Positions 10,048 to 19,424 of a DNA stretch of 64,000 nt are shown here, piece after piece. The stretch's first letter is position 1. Each line of letters begins with the position of its first letter. The notes below the pieces were generated by a model that saw only the letters and a list, made by a program, of their open reading frames with translations, was not told the origin of the DNA and searched no databases. Both the position numbers and the translations under genes were made by a program. The DNA comes from an uncultured Gemmatimonadales bacterium. Lineage in GTDB: Bacteria; Gemmatimonadota; Gemmatimonadetes; Longimicrobiales; Gaopeijiaceae. The DNA lies in NCBI GenBank assembly GCA_963809895.1, contig CAWELD010000003.1, positions 3,328,001 through 3,392,000 of the forward strand. Reading direction: 5' to 3'.

Positions 10048-10572
10048 ATGCCTCCCCACCTCCTTCCCGGTGCCGGGCGTTCGCCGACGCATGCGGCGGC
10101 GGCGGCGACGGCCATGCTCGCGCTCGCGGCGGCGGTCTCGACGCCTCATCTCGCGGCAGCTCAGGAATCCCCCGATGAAACCGCGATCCGGGCGACCCGC
10201 AGCGCCTCCAACGAGGCCATTGCTCGGCACGACCTGGATGCCTTCCTCGCCTCCATCGACGACCCGTACCAGGGGACGGCGGGAAGCGGTTGGTTCGCCG
10301 CCGATCGTGAGGCACTGCGCCAGGTGATCGGCGATCAGTTCTCCCGTTTCGACGATCTGCGCTACGAGCGCACCCCGAGCGCGATCCACGTGAGCGCCAG
10401 CGATCCGCTGGCCTGGGAAGAGGGCGAGTGGCTCGGGACCTGGACGTTGTCCGAGGGCGAGCACCGCAGCGGCGGGCGCTATGCCGCACAGTGGCGGAAG
10501 GTCGACGGCACCTGGAAGATCCACTCCGAGCTGTTCGTGACGATGTTCTGCGAGGGCGCCGGGTGTGATTGA
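10048..10572 (+). CDS. Exported NTF2/SnoaL-like (DUF4440) protein
   Basis: Signal peptide; SNEAIARHDL..GRYAAQWRKVDGTWKIHSE. Confidence 0.8.
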   Translation: MPPHLLPGAGRSPTHAAAAATAMLALAAAVSTPHLAAAQESPDETAIRATRSASNEAIARHDLDAFLASIDDPYQGTAGSGWFAADREALRQVIGDQFSRFDDLRYERTPSAIHVSASDPLAWEEGEWLGTWTLSEGEHRSGGRYAAQWRKVDGTWKIHSELFVTMFCEGAGCD

Positions 10573-13156
10573 GCGACTGCGCGAGGCGGTCTCTGACCGT
10601 TACCGGGTCGAGGAGAAGCTCGGCGAGGGCGGCATGGCCACGGTCTACCTCGCCGAAGACCTGAAGCACAAGCGGAAGGTGGCCATCAAGGTGCTCCGTC
10701 CGGAGCTGGCCGCCGTGGTGGGCGCCGACCGGTTCCTGGCCGAGATCGAGACCACGGCGAACCTGCAGCATCCCCACATCCTGCCCCTCTTCGACTCGGG
10801 GCAGGCCGACGGCTTCCTCTACTACGTGATGCCCTACGTGGAGGGGGAGAGCCTCCGCGACCGGCTGGACCGTGGCGGCCAGATGGCGGTGGACGAGGCC
10901 GTCCGCATCACCTGCGACCTGGCCGAGGCGCTGGACCACGCCCACCGCCGCGGCGTGATCCACCGGGACATCAAGCCGGCCAACATTCTCCTGCAGGACG
11001 GGCGGCCCGTCATCGCCGACTTCGGCATCGCTCTGGCGGTCGGCAAGATCGGCGGTGCGCGGCTCACCGACACCGGGCTCAGTCTGGGCACGCCCTTCTA
11101 CATGAGCCCCGAGCAGGCCATGGGAGACCAGCCCGTCACCGCCGCCAGCGACATCTACGCGCTGGGGTGCGTGCTGTACGAGCTGCTATCGGGAGGGCCG
11201 CCCTACACGGCCGGCACCGCCCAGGCTGTGCTCGCCAAGATTATCACGAGCGGAGAGGTGTCGGTGCGCGAGGCCCGGCCCTCGGTGCCCCGCAACGTGG
11301 ACGCCGCGCTCCGCCGCGCGCTGGAGCGATTGCCTACCGACAGGTTCCCGACGGCGGGCGAATTCCGTGACGCGCTCCGGGATCCCGACTTCCGCTACGG
11401 TGAGGACGAGGCCCCCGCGGAGCGGCGGGGTATCGGCTGGCCTGGCCTGGTCGCGGGCGTGGCTGCGGGACTGCTGGTCGGGTTCTTCGGGGGGCGGGCG
11501 CTCGTGCGCGCCAGGGGCCCGGAAGGCGGCGCGGCATCGACCCGTGACCGTCCTCTCCAGCTCACCTTCACGGGTGAGACGTCCAATCCCGCCATCGCAC
11601 CCGACGGAGATTTCGTGAGCTTCGTCGACGTCACGTGCCGGCAGGGCACGTTCGGCGACTGCTCGTACGATCTTCTCGTGAAGGAGGTGGGAGCCACCAC
11701 GACGGTGACGGTCATCGAGGACGCGGAGTTCATCGGCTCGCCGCACTGGACCTGGGACGGCTCGCAGCTGGTGGTGCCGGCGGTGTTGGACGAGCGGCGC
11801 AGCGGCCTGTTCCTGATCCCCAGGATGGGCGGCGCGATCCGGCCCGTCGCGCCGCTTGGAGCCTTCGACACGCATCCTTCGGGCGACACCGTGTTTGTCG
11901 TTCCAGACGCGGGATCGCCGCGCGGGCTCGTCGTCGATCTGGCCGATGGCACCGTCGTGGACTCGGTCCCGATGCCCGTGGATGAACCCGTCTCGGACGT
12001 GGCGTGGCACCCTGAGGGCGACCGCCTCGCCATACGCAGCCTCTCGTCGCTGATGGTGGTTGGACGGGACGGCGCGCTGTTGGATCAGCAGGCGAGCGCG
12101 GGCCGCGACTTCGTGCGATGGACTGTGGCCGGCAACGCCATCCTCCAGTTCCGGGTCGGGCCCGTCCGCGAAGACGATCTCATGCGAATCCCCGTCGATG
12201 AGCGAGGACGGTTTTCCGGCTCACCGGAGGTGGTCCGCGCCGGCATCCCCACGCTCTATGCGGGGCAGATCGACGTGGCCCGTACGACCGGCCGCCTGGT
12301 GCTGGCCACGGGCGACGGGCGCATGGACGTGTGGTCCTTCGATGTCCACGAGCCTCGCGCCACCGTGCAGCGCCGGACGGGAGGCACGACCTGGTACGGC
12401 TCCCCCACGATTTCATGGGACGGTGAGACGTCGTACTACCTGAGAGGCGACGCCCTCGGCGACAACGTCTACTCCCTGAACCTCGCAGACGGCACGGAGC
12501 AGGCTCTCACCGCCGAGCGCTCTCCTGGCGGCTCGAGCGTGCGCTTCTCGAGCGACGGATCCAGGCTGGCATACACACGCTCGGGCGACCCCTACCGACT
12601 CGATGTGATCAGCTTCCCCTCGGGTCGCGTTTCCACCATGTCCATCGACTTCCGGTGGGCGACGCCCGTGCCCTTCGGTGAGCGAAAGTTCGTCATCACG
12701 GGCGACGGCCTCGCCATCATCGATTCGCTCGGCGCTGAGCCGAGAGTCATCGAGGGCACAGGCCTCTCCATGGGCGGACCCGCCGCGGTCTCACCCGACG
12801 GGAAGCGGATCGCGTACTCCGCCAGGACCCAGCAAGGCACCCCCGTGCTGGCCATGGTCTCCACCGACGGAGGAGAGACCCGCACGGTCGAGGAGCTCAC
12901 GGATACCGACCTTCCACCGGGGCTTACCTGGACGCCTGGCGAGTCGCTGTACGTCGGCCAGTGGCGTCTGGGAGACCCTTACCCCACGCTCTGGCGCTGG
13001 TCCGACGACCGCCAGCAACTCCAGCAGGTTACGGAGATTCCGGTGGCTTGCTTGCCCAGCACCATCGTCGTGGATGCCGCGGCAGATCGCGGCGTGTGTC
13101 AGAACGACGAGAGCCGCTGGGACATCTGGGCCTTCGACGGCCTCGGACGGCGGTAG
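10565..13156 (+). CDS. Hanks-type Ser/Thr protein kinase with TM helix and TolB/WD40-like propeller
   Basis: LGEGGMATVY, VAIK, HRDIKPANILL, DFGIA, GTPFYMSPEQ; TM segment; PD40-like repeats (SPDGKRIAY). Confidence 0.93.
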   Translation: MIERLREAVSDRYRVEEKLGEGGMATVYLAEDLKHKRKVAIKVLRPELAAVVGADRFLAEIETTANLQHPHILPLFDSGQADGFLYYVMPYVEGESLRDRLDRGGQMAVDEAVRITCDLAEALDHAHRRGVIHRDIKPANILLQDGRPVIADFGIALAVGKIGGARLTDTGLSLGTPFYMSPEQAMGDQPVTAASDIYALGCVLYELLSGGPPYTAGTAQAVLAKIITSGEVSVREARPSVPRNVDAALRRALERLPTDRFPTAGEFRDALRDPDFRYGEDEAPAERRGIGWPGLVAGVAAGLLVGFFGGRALVRARGPEGGAASTRDRPLQLTFTGETSNPAIAPDGDFVSFVDVTCRQGTFGDCSYDLLVKEVGATTTVTVIEDAEFIGSPHWTWDGSQLVVPAVLDERRSGLFLIPRMGGAIRPVAPLGAFDTHPSGDTVFVVPDAGSPRGLVVDLADGTVVDSVPMPVDEPVSDVAWHPEGDRLAIRSLSSLMVVGRDGALLDQQASAGRDFVRWTVAGNAILQFRVGPVREDDLMRIPVDERGRFSGSPEVVRAGIPTLYAGQIDVARTTGRLVLATGDGRMDVWSFDVHEPRATVQRRTGGTTWYGSPTISWDGETSYYLRGDALGDNVYSLNLADGTEQALTAERSPGGSSVRFSSDGSRLAYTRSGDPYRLDVISFPSGRVSTMSIDFRWATPVPFGERKFVITGDGLAIIDSLGAEPRVIEGTGLSMGGPAAVSPDGKRIAYSARTQQGTPVLAMVSTDGGETRTVEELTDTDLPPGLTWTPGESLYVGQWRLGDPYPTLWRWSDDRQQLQQVTEIPVACLPSTIVVDAAADRGVCQNDESRWDIWAFDGLGRR

Positions 13157-13372
13157 ATGTCGATGAAGAGACTCTGGTCGTGGGCGCTTCTGGCGGTCGT
13201 CCTGGTCGTCGTCGCCTGGATGTGGCTCGGACCGAAGCTCCTGGCGTGGATCGCAGCGGACTCGTGCCTCGACCGCGGGGGTTCGTGGGACGCCGAGAGG
13301 CAGGTCTGTGTGATGGCGGAACCCACATCGCTCACCCTCCTTCACGGAGCGCATTCATGGAGCCCATCCTAG
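13157..13372 (+). CDS. Small membrane protein with DSCLDRGGSWD..C motif
   Basis: Starts right after the kinase stop; one TM helix followed by two Cys. Confidence 0.6.
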   Translation: MSMKRLWSWALLAVVLVVVAWMWLGPKLLAWIAADSCLDRGGSWDAERQVCVMAEPTSLTLLHGAHSWSPS

Positions 13373-14712
13373 CCGAAGTCGAACCCGACGCGTCCACCAC
13401 CTCGCGGGGCCTGCTCCAGGTCCTGGGGGTCGGCTTCGGGATCGCCGTCCTGGTCGGAAACACCATCGGCATGGGAATCCTCCGAACCCCCGGCGAGGTG
13501 GCCCAGCATCTGCCGTCGGTCCCGCTCTTCCTGGGCGTCTGGGTCGCGGGCGCGGCCTATGCTCTGCTCGGAACCCTCACGGTAGCGGAGCTCGCCGCCA
13601 TGCGTCCCCGGTCCGGCGGGCTGTACCCCATGGTTCACGACACGCTCGGTACGTTCCCGGGGTTCGTGGCCGGCTGGACGGACTGGCTGGTGAACACGGG
13701 CAGCGCCGCCGCCGTCGCCATCGTGCTCGGAGAGTACATGGGCCCGCTGATCCCGGCGCTGGCGGGCCATGAGCGGCTGACGGCATCGATGGCGGTGTTG
13801 GGCTTCGCGCTCCTGCAGTGGCGAGGGATCCGGCTGGGAGACATCGTCCAGCAGATCACGAGCCTCATCAAGGCCGTGGCGCTCCTGGGGCTTGCGGCCG
13901 CCGGACTCTTCCTGGCCGGAGTCGCGGCGCCGGAGCCCAGCGCGGCGCCAGCGCTGTCCGTCCCGAGTGGGGTCGCCTTCGCGGTGGCTGTCGTCGTGGC
14001 TTTGCAGTCGGCGATCTACACCTACGACGGTTGGACCGGACCGATCTACTTCGGCGAAGAGGTCAAGGATCCCGGCAAGGACATCCCCCGCTCCATGATC
14101 GGTGGCGTGCTCGTGGTGCTGGTCATCTATCTGGCGCTGAACGTGGCGTTCCTGCGCATCATTCCCATCCAGGAGATGGCGGGGGACCCGTTCGTGGCGG
14201 CCACCGCCGCCGGCCGGCTGTTCGGACCGACGGGTGACCTGGTGCTGCGCGTTCTCATGGTCATCTCGCTGCTGGCCGCCGTGAACGCCATCGTGCTCAT
14301 GGCCTCCCGCATCCCCTTCGCCATGAGCACCGACGACCTGGCGCCGGCGGGGCTGAGCCGCGTGAACCGTGGCGGGACCCCGGTGCCCTCGCTCCTGCTG
14401 AGCACCGCGCTCAGCGTCGGCTTCATCGTCACCAACACCTTCGACACCGTCCTGGCCCTGCTGGCCTTCTTCATGGTGGCCAACTATCTGCTGGTCTTCG
14501 TCGCCTTCTTCGTGCGGCGGCGCACGGACCCCGACGCCCCCCGCCCGTTCAGGGTGCCGGCCTATCCCGTGGTTCCGGCGCTGGCGCTCCTGGGCTCGAC
14601 GGCGTTCCTCGTGGCCGCCGTGTGGGGGGATGCCCGCAACAGCCTGGTGGCCATCGCGCTGCTGGCGCTGAGCTGGCCCATGTCACGGGTGGCGCAGCGG
14701 ATCAGTCGGTGA
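13357..14712 (+). CDS. APC family amino acid permease
   Basis: GNTIGMGILRTPG, YTYDGW, EEVKDPGKDIPR, PRPFRVPAYP; about 12 TM helices; GGAG RBS. Confidence 0.92.
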   Translation: MEPILAEVEPDASTTSRGLLQVLGVGFGIAVLVGNTIGMGILRTPGEVAQHLPSVPLFLGVWVAGAAYALLGTLTVAELAAMRPRSGGLYPMVHDTLGTFPGFVAGWTDWLVNTGSAAAVAIVLGEYMGPLIPALAGHERLTASMAVLGFALLQWRGIRLGDIVQQITSLIKAVALLGLAAAGLFLAGVAAPEPSAAPALSVPSGVAFAVAVVVALQSAIYTYDGWTGPIYFGEEVKDPGKDIPRSMIGGVLVVLVIYLALNVAFLRIIPIQEMAGDPFVAATAAGRLFGPTGDLVLRVLMVISLLAAVNAIVLMASRIPFAMSTDDLAPAGLSRVNRGGTPVPSLLLSTALSVGFIVTNTFDTVLALLAFFMVANYLLVFVAFFVRRRTDPDAPRPFRVPAYPVVPALALLGSTAFLVAAVWGDARNSLVAIALLALSWPMSRVAQRISR

Positions 14713-14900
14713 GGAAGGGGCGGGTTGGAGGTGGCTGTCGCGCGGGCGGCGGTTGGCGTGCGGTGCGCGGCGGGTGGCCTGCGCGCGCGTGGGCGGGCGG
14801 GGCGCAGAGCTGGATGATCTCGGTGGCTCGCTGGGTGGCCTGCGCGCGGGCGGACGCCGTGAACCCAGCAATGGCCGGCCTGCCGAGGGCGCGCGCTGAC

Positions 14901-14984
14901 TTGGCGGCGACTATTGGGGTCGATCCTGCATCCGGCGGCGCCCTCGCCATCCGCTGTTTGATCGCCGTCGATTATTGCCGCCAA
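14901..14984. repeat. Imperfect 25-bp-arm hairpin in a long intergenic region
   Basis: 14901-14925 pairs with 14960-14984 at 21/25 positions counting G-U. Confidence 0.5.
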
Positions 14985-15080
14985 CCCAGCAAGCGCCAAC
15001 AAACCTCCATGCACATGCAGAGTTCACGGCAACCGCGGGCCCACGGCACACCCTGAAGACACCTCACCCCGCTCACCCCG

Positions 15081-15257
15081 TCACGCGAGCACGGAGGGGC
15101 CCGGGGCCGGAATCACCAGGCTGCTCCCGTCCACGTCGATCTTGAGCTCGGCGTCGTCGGAGCCGCGCATGAAGACGAAATAGATGGCCAGCCCGACCAT
15201 GATCAGGATGGCGATGATGGCCACGATCGACACGGAACTGCTGTTGGTATCCGCCAT
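15081..15257 (-). CDS. Small single-TM protein (58 aa)
   Basis: MADTNSSSVSIVAIIAILIMVGLAIYFVF; GGAG RBS. Confidence 0.65.
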   Translation of the reverse strand: MADTNSSSVSIVAIIAILIMVGLAIYFVFMRGSDDAELKIDVDGSSLVIPAPGPSVLA

Positions 15258-15381
15258 TTGAAGCTCCCGTCCGGGGGCATGCTCTTCTTGCTCTCGGCCT
15301 TTCGTGAAAGCAACATGCGTGCCCAGCACCCGGATGTGCGCATCCGCTTGCGACGTTCTCACTGCGTATCCCGGAGGTCTC

Positions 15382-16383
15382 ATGCGTCGCTCCCCACTCT
15401 CCGTACTCGCTTTGACCCCATGGCTCCTGGTGGCGGCATGCTCGGGCGGTGACTCGGGGGATTCCATGCCGGCTGACGGGATGGCCGGAGCGGCGACCTC
15501 GGCGCTCGACACCACGTCCGGGAGCTTCCTCGCGGTGAACGGCGGGCGCATCTGGTACAGGGTGACGGGCACGGGATCGGGCCTTCCGGTCGTCCTGCTG
15601 CACGGTGGACCGGGCTTCTCGAGCTTCTACATGAAGCCCCTGGAAGCGCTCGGCGACGACCGACCCGTGATCCGCTACGATCAGCTCGGGGGTGGCAAGT
15701 CGGATCCGATCACGGACACCACGCTCTTCACGATTCCCCACTTCGTGGCCGAGCTCGACTCGCTCCGGAGCCATCTGGGCATCGAGCGCATGCACCTGGT
15801 CGGCCATTCCTGGGGGACCATCCTGGGGCTGGAATACTACCGCGCTCATCCGGAGCGCGTGGCCAGCCTGACCCTGGCCAGCCCGGCCCTGGATATTCCG
15901 CTCTGGGAGCGGACCGCGCGGCGGCTCCTGACCACCCTTCCGGACTCCATGCAGCAGGCGGTGGCGGTGCGGGAGGCCGCTCAGGACTACGACGCCGCCG
16001 ACTATCAGGCGGCGCTCAACGAGTTCTACAGCCGGTACGTGTGGCTGCGTCCCGATCCGGCGGACCTGGACAGCACCATGGCTACCTTCAACCAGAGCAT
16101 CTACGGCTACATGCAGGGCCCGAGCGAGTTCACCATCACCGGAACGCTCAAGGACTACGACGCCACCGACTTCTTGTCGCGGGTCCAGGTGCCGGTCCTC
16201 TATACGGTGGGCGCGGTGGACGAGGCCGACACCACGAACGTGCGTCACTTCGCCGATCTCACTCCGGGCGCGCGCATGGTCGTGATTCCCGACGCGGCCC
16301 ACATCGTCACCTGGGACAATCCCCAGGCCACGGTGGCCGCCGTGCGCGAGTTCCTGCGGCAGGTGGACGGAGGGAATCGCTGA
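15382..16383 (+). CDS. Proline iminopeptidase-family alpha/beta hydrolase, lipoprotein
   Basis: LHGGPG, YDQLGGGKS, GHSWG nucleophile, MQGPSEF, DE and AAH catalytic region; VAAC lipobox; GGAGG RBS. Confidence 0.88.
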   Translation: MRRSPLSVLALTPWLLVAACSGGDSGDSMPADGMAGAATSALDTTSGSFLAVNGGRIWYRVTGTGSGLPVVLLHGGPGFSSFYMKPLEALGDDRPVIRYDQLGGGKSDPITDTTLFTIPHFVAELDSLRSHLGIERMHLVGHSWGTILGLEYYRAHPERVASLTLASPALDIPLWERTARRLLTTLPDSMQQAVAVREAAQDYDAADYQAALNEFYSRYVWLRPDPADLDSTMATFNQSIYGYMQGPSEFTITGTLKDYDATDFLSRVQVPVLYTVGAVDEADTTNVRHFADLTPGARMVVIPDAAHIVTWDNPQATVAAVREFLRQVDGGNR

Positions 16384-16431
16384 CGTCGCCCCCGGCGGCC
16401 GGCGGCCATCGCCCCGCCGGACGTCGCTCCG

Positions 16432-16610
16432 GTTCCACTGGAGCCCTCTTCACCGACGATTGGCCAATTCAACTCGCTGAGCGAGTCGAACTCGACAAAG
16501 GGTTCCGGGCGCGAACCTCGAACCCACGCGTTCAACTCGCTCAGCGAGTTCTATCGACGAACCGTTCGAAAACCATGCTCCAGTGGTACAGTTCGACTCG
16601 CCGAGCCCGG
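16432..16610. repeat. REP/MITE-like element with 13-bp TIRs and internal 23-bp palindromes
   Basis: GTTCCACTGGAGC (16432) / GCTCCAGTGGTAC (16577); TTC[AG]ACTCGC units at 16468, 16531, 16592. Confidence 0.6.
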
Positions 16611-16720
16611 GTGCGGACGTGGCTATCGGCGGTTTCAGGTTGCCGTGAACTCGATCATCTGGACCCGGGACGGGTGGTAGAGCGCCCGCCATCCCCCCTC
16701 TCGTCCTCGAGGAGTTGAGC

Positions 16721-17398
16721 GTGACCACCATCACCCGCGGCTGGACCGTCGTCATCGCCGCGGTCCTCGCCTTCATCCTGGTCCCCTTCCTTCTCGCCGG
16801 CGACTGGTTCGACGCAGCGGCCGCCGGGCTCCTGGAGGCGGGCCACTCGCCCGTCGTGCTGGGCGCGCTCACCGCGGCGCTCCTCACCCTGGACGTGCTA
16901 CTGCCGATCCCGTCGTCCGTCGTCGCGGTAGCTGCGGGACACGAGCTCGGATTCGCGCTGGGAGCGTGCGCGGTGTTCGTGGGATTGCAGGCCGGCTGCG
17001 CGGCGGGTTGGCTCCTCGGCCGGGCGTCGGGACGAAAGGGCATGCGCAGCGTGCTCGGCGCCGGACCCCACGATCGCGCGGGGCGAGCCCTCGATCACCG
17101 GAGTGGCTGGCTCGCTTTCGGACTGGGGCGGGCGGTGCCGGTGCTTGCCGAGGCCTCGGTCCTGCTGGCGGGCGCCGCCGCCGTCCCGCTGCGGCGCTTT
17201 CTGCTGGTCTCTACCCTGGCGAACCTGGGTGTGGCGCTGGCGTATGCAGGAATGGGAGCGTGGTCGGCGGCCACCGGATCCCTGGGACCTGCCGTGCTCG
17301 GCGCCGTTCTGCTGCCCGGGCTGGCCATGCTCCTCGCACCCCGCCTGCTCGCGCCTCCCCGTACCGAGAATCCCCCCTCCCGAGAGGTGCCTACGTGA
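16721..17398 (+). CDS. DedA/VTT (TVP38/TMEM64) membrane protein
   Basis: DVLLPIPSSVV, RAVPVLAEAS motifs. Confidence 0.85.
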   Translation: MTTITRGWTVVIAAVLAFILVPFLLAGDWFDAAAAGLLEAGHSPVVLGALTAALLTLDVLLPIPSSVVAVAAGHELGFALGACAVFVGLQAGCAAGWLLGRASGRKGMRSVLGAGPHDRAGRALDHRSGWLAFGLGRAVPVLAEASVLLAGAAAVPLRRFLLVSTLANLGVALAYAGMGAWSAATGSLGPAVLGAVLLPGLAMLLAPRLLAPPRTENPPSREVPT

Positions 17399-17877
17399 CG
17401 ACGCTCAGCGCCCGCCGCACAGCGCTTGCACTCCTCCTCGCCGTCGCGCCCGCGGCCCTTGCCACGGCCTGCACCGAACCCGGCCTCCAGGAAGTGGACA
17501 CGGCGACCGAGGCGCGCGCGATCGCGGCCGCCAGCAGGGCCTTCTCCGATGCCTACGTTCGCGGAGACACGGCGACCATAGGCGACCTCTATACCGAGAA
17601 CGCGGTCCTGCTGCCGCCGGGCCGGCGGGTCGAAGGACGAGAGGCCATCAAGGCGTATTTCGCCCCGAGCCCCAACCGGCAGAACCTGTCGCACGCCATG
17701 ACCTCCAGCGAGCTCACCGTCCGGAGCGACATCGCCGTGGACGTAGGCACGTGGAGCAACTCCTGGCGAATGGGCGAAGGCGACGCCCAGGAGGCGTCCG
17801 AGACCTACCTGGTGGTGTGGGAGAAGGGCACCGACGGCCAGTGGCGGATCCGTTACGACATGTGGCACCGGCCGTGA
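17395..17877 (+). CDS. DUF4440/YybH-like NTF2-fold lipoprotein
   Basis: LYTENAVLLPPG, YLVVWEKGTDGQWRIRYDMW; GTGA coupling. Confidence 0.85.
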   Translation: MTTLSARRTALALLLAVAPAALATACTEPGLQEVDTATEARAIAAASRAFSDAYVRGDTATIGDLYTENAVLLPPGRRVEGREAIKAYFAPSPNRQNLSHAMTSSELTVRSDIAVDVGTWSNSWRMGEGDAQEASETYLVVWEKGTDGQWRIRYDMWHRP

Positions 17878-18671
17878 TCGCCGAGCGCTACGTCGCCTTC
17901 AGGAAGCTGCACGAGGCCGGGTGCTTCGTCATGCCCAATCCGTGGAACCCCGGAAGCGCCGGGCTCCTGGAGCGGCTGGGATTCGAGGCTCTGGCCACCA
18001 CGAGCTCGGGGTTCGCCTGGTCGCTGGGCCGGCCGGACAACCACGTCACCCTGGAGGAAGCCCTGGAGCATCTGCAGACCATGGCGCGTTCCACCGAGCT
18101 CCCGTTGAACGCGGACTTCGAGGGTGGCTTCGCCGTGGAACCCGAGGAGGTCTACGCCAACGTGTCGCGGGCCGTCACGACCGGGGTCGCGGGCCTGTCC
18201 ATCGAGGACTCCACGGGGGATCCCGAGGCGCCACTCTTCGACCAGGCGCTGGCCGTCGAGCGGATCCGCGCGGCCCGTGAGGCCATCGACGACAGCGGGC
18301 GTGACGTCCTTCTCACCGGGCGCTCCGAGGGCTTCATCGTGGGACGCCCCGACCTGGACGAGACGGTCCGTAGGCTCTCGGCGTACGCCCAGGCCGGCGC
18401 CGAGTGCCTGTACGCTCCCGGCATTCGCACCGAAGACCACATCGCGGCGGTCGTCCAGGCGGTGGCGCCCCGGCCGGTGAACGTGCTGGTGGGCAACAAC
18501 TTCACCACGGTCGCGCGCCTCGCGGAGTTGGGCGTGCGGCGTATCAGCATCGGGGGTGCGCTGGCACGCACGGCCTGGGCCGCGGTGCTGGAAGCAGCCG
18601 CTGAGATCGCACAGCGCGGTACCTTCGAGCGCCTCACGGGCACAGCGCCCTTCACCCGAGCCGACGAATGA
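17874..18671 (+). CDS. Isocitrate lyase/PEP mutase family protein
   Basis: MPNPWN, ALATTSSG, PLNADFEGGF, GLSIEDST, AGAECLYAPG. Confidence 0.9.
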   Translation: MIAERYVAFRKLHEAGCFVMPNPWNPGSAGLLERLGFEALATTSSGFAWSLGRPDNHVTLEEALEHLQTMARSTELPLNADFEGGFAVEPEEVYANVSRAVTTGVAGLSIEDSTGDPEAPLFDQALAVERIRAAREAIDDSGRDVLLTGRSEGFIVGRPDLDETVRRLSAYAQAGAECLYAPGIRTEDHIAAVVQAVAPRPVNVLVGNNFTTVARLAELGVRRISIGGALARTAWAAVLEAAAEIAQRGTFERLTGTAPFTRADE

Positions 18672-19129
18672 GCACCCCACCCGTCCGACTCCTCGGCCCC
18701 GGCGACGAGGGCGTCCTGGCCCGCGTCGCTCCCGGGGTCTTCGATCGCCCCGTGCGACCGGAGCTCGTGGCCGAGCTCCTCGCCGATCCTCGCCATCACC
18801 TGGCGGTCGCGGAAGACGGTGACGAGATCGTGGGATTCGCGTCGGGGGTGCACTACGTCCACCCCGACAAGGAGCCCGAGCTCTGGATCAACGAGGTGGG
18901 GGTGGCGCCGGGACATCGCCGCCGCGGGTTGGGCCGCCGGCTGATGGGAGCGCTCATGGAACACGCCGCGGCCCTGGGCTGCCGCGAGGCGTGGGTCCTC
19001 ACCGAGCGGAGCAACCTCCCCGCCACCGAGCTCTACCGGAGCATGGGATTCGGTGAGGGCCCGTCGGACACGGTGATGTTCTCGATCCCCCTGGACCGTG
19101 CCAGCGCGGACGAGCGCGGCCACGACTGA
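18668..19129 (+). CDS. GNAT acetyltransferase
   Basis: INEVGVAPGHRRRGLG acetyl-CoA motif; NLPATELY. Confidence 0.9.
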   Translation: MSTPPVRLLGPGDEGVLARVAPGVFDRPVRPELVAELLADPRHHLAVAEDGDEIVGFASGVHYVHPDKEPELWINEVGVAPGHRRRGLGRRLMGALMEHAAALGCREAWVLTERSNLPATELYRSMGFGEGPSDTVMFSIPLDRASADERGHD

Positions 19130-19202
19130 GCATTGCCCGCGACCGCGCGCGCGGGCACGTTGGCATGGGGTGCGAACGGGCTCGAGCACGGGAGGATGTA
19201 GC

Positions 19203-19424
19203 ATGACGCTTCCAACCAAGATCTACACCGAGAAGGACGTGGAGCGGGCCCGTAGCAGGGGCAAGCTCGTCGGTTGGCTCCAGGGCGCCGGGCTCGTGAT
19301 CGTCGCCGGCATGGTGCTCAACCTGCTCGGCTGGATTCCCACGGTTCTGGTGGTGGGGGCGGTGGGATACCTGGCGTATCGCCTGCTGGCGGGAGGCTCC
19401 GACGACGCGTCGGCCGAAGAGTGA
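19203..19424 (+). CDS. Small two-TM hypothetical protein
   Basis: GGAGG RBS; hydrophobic hairpin; coupled to the next gene. Confidence 0.65.
   Translation: MTLPTKIYTEKDVERARSRGKLVGWLQGAGLVIVAGMVLNLLGWIPTVLVVGAVGYLAYRLLAGGSDDASAEE

Noticed and set aside
10565..13156. Kinase as the T6SS PpkA
   Set aside because: It lies over 40 kb from the cluster and has the generic kinase-TolB architecture
16468..16610. Bona fide CRISPR array
   Set aside because: Only 2-3 degenerate units and no cas genes or leader; kept as an unclassified repeat
17103..17873. Long N-terminal extensions on the ICL/PEP mutase ORF (likewise on the APC permease, S9 peptidase and second permease)
   Set aside because: GC-rich open frames overlapping real upstream genes; coupled starts or RBS define shorter CDSs
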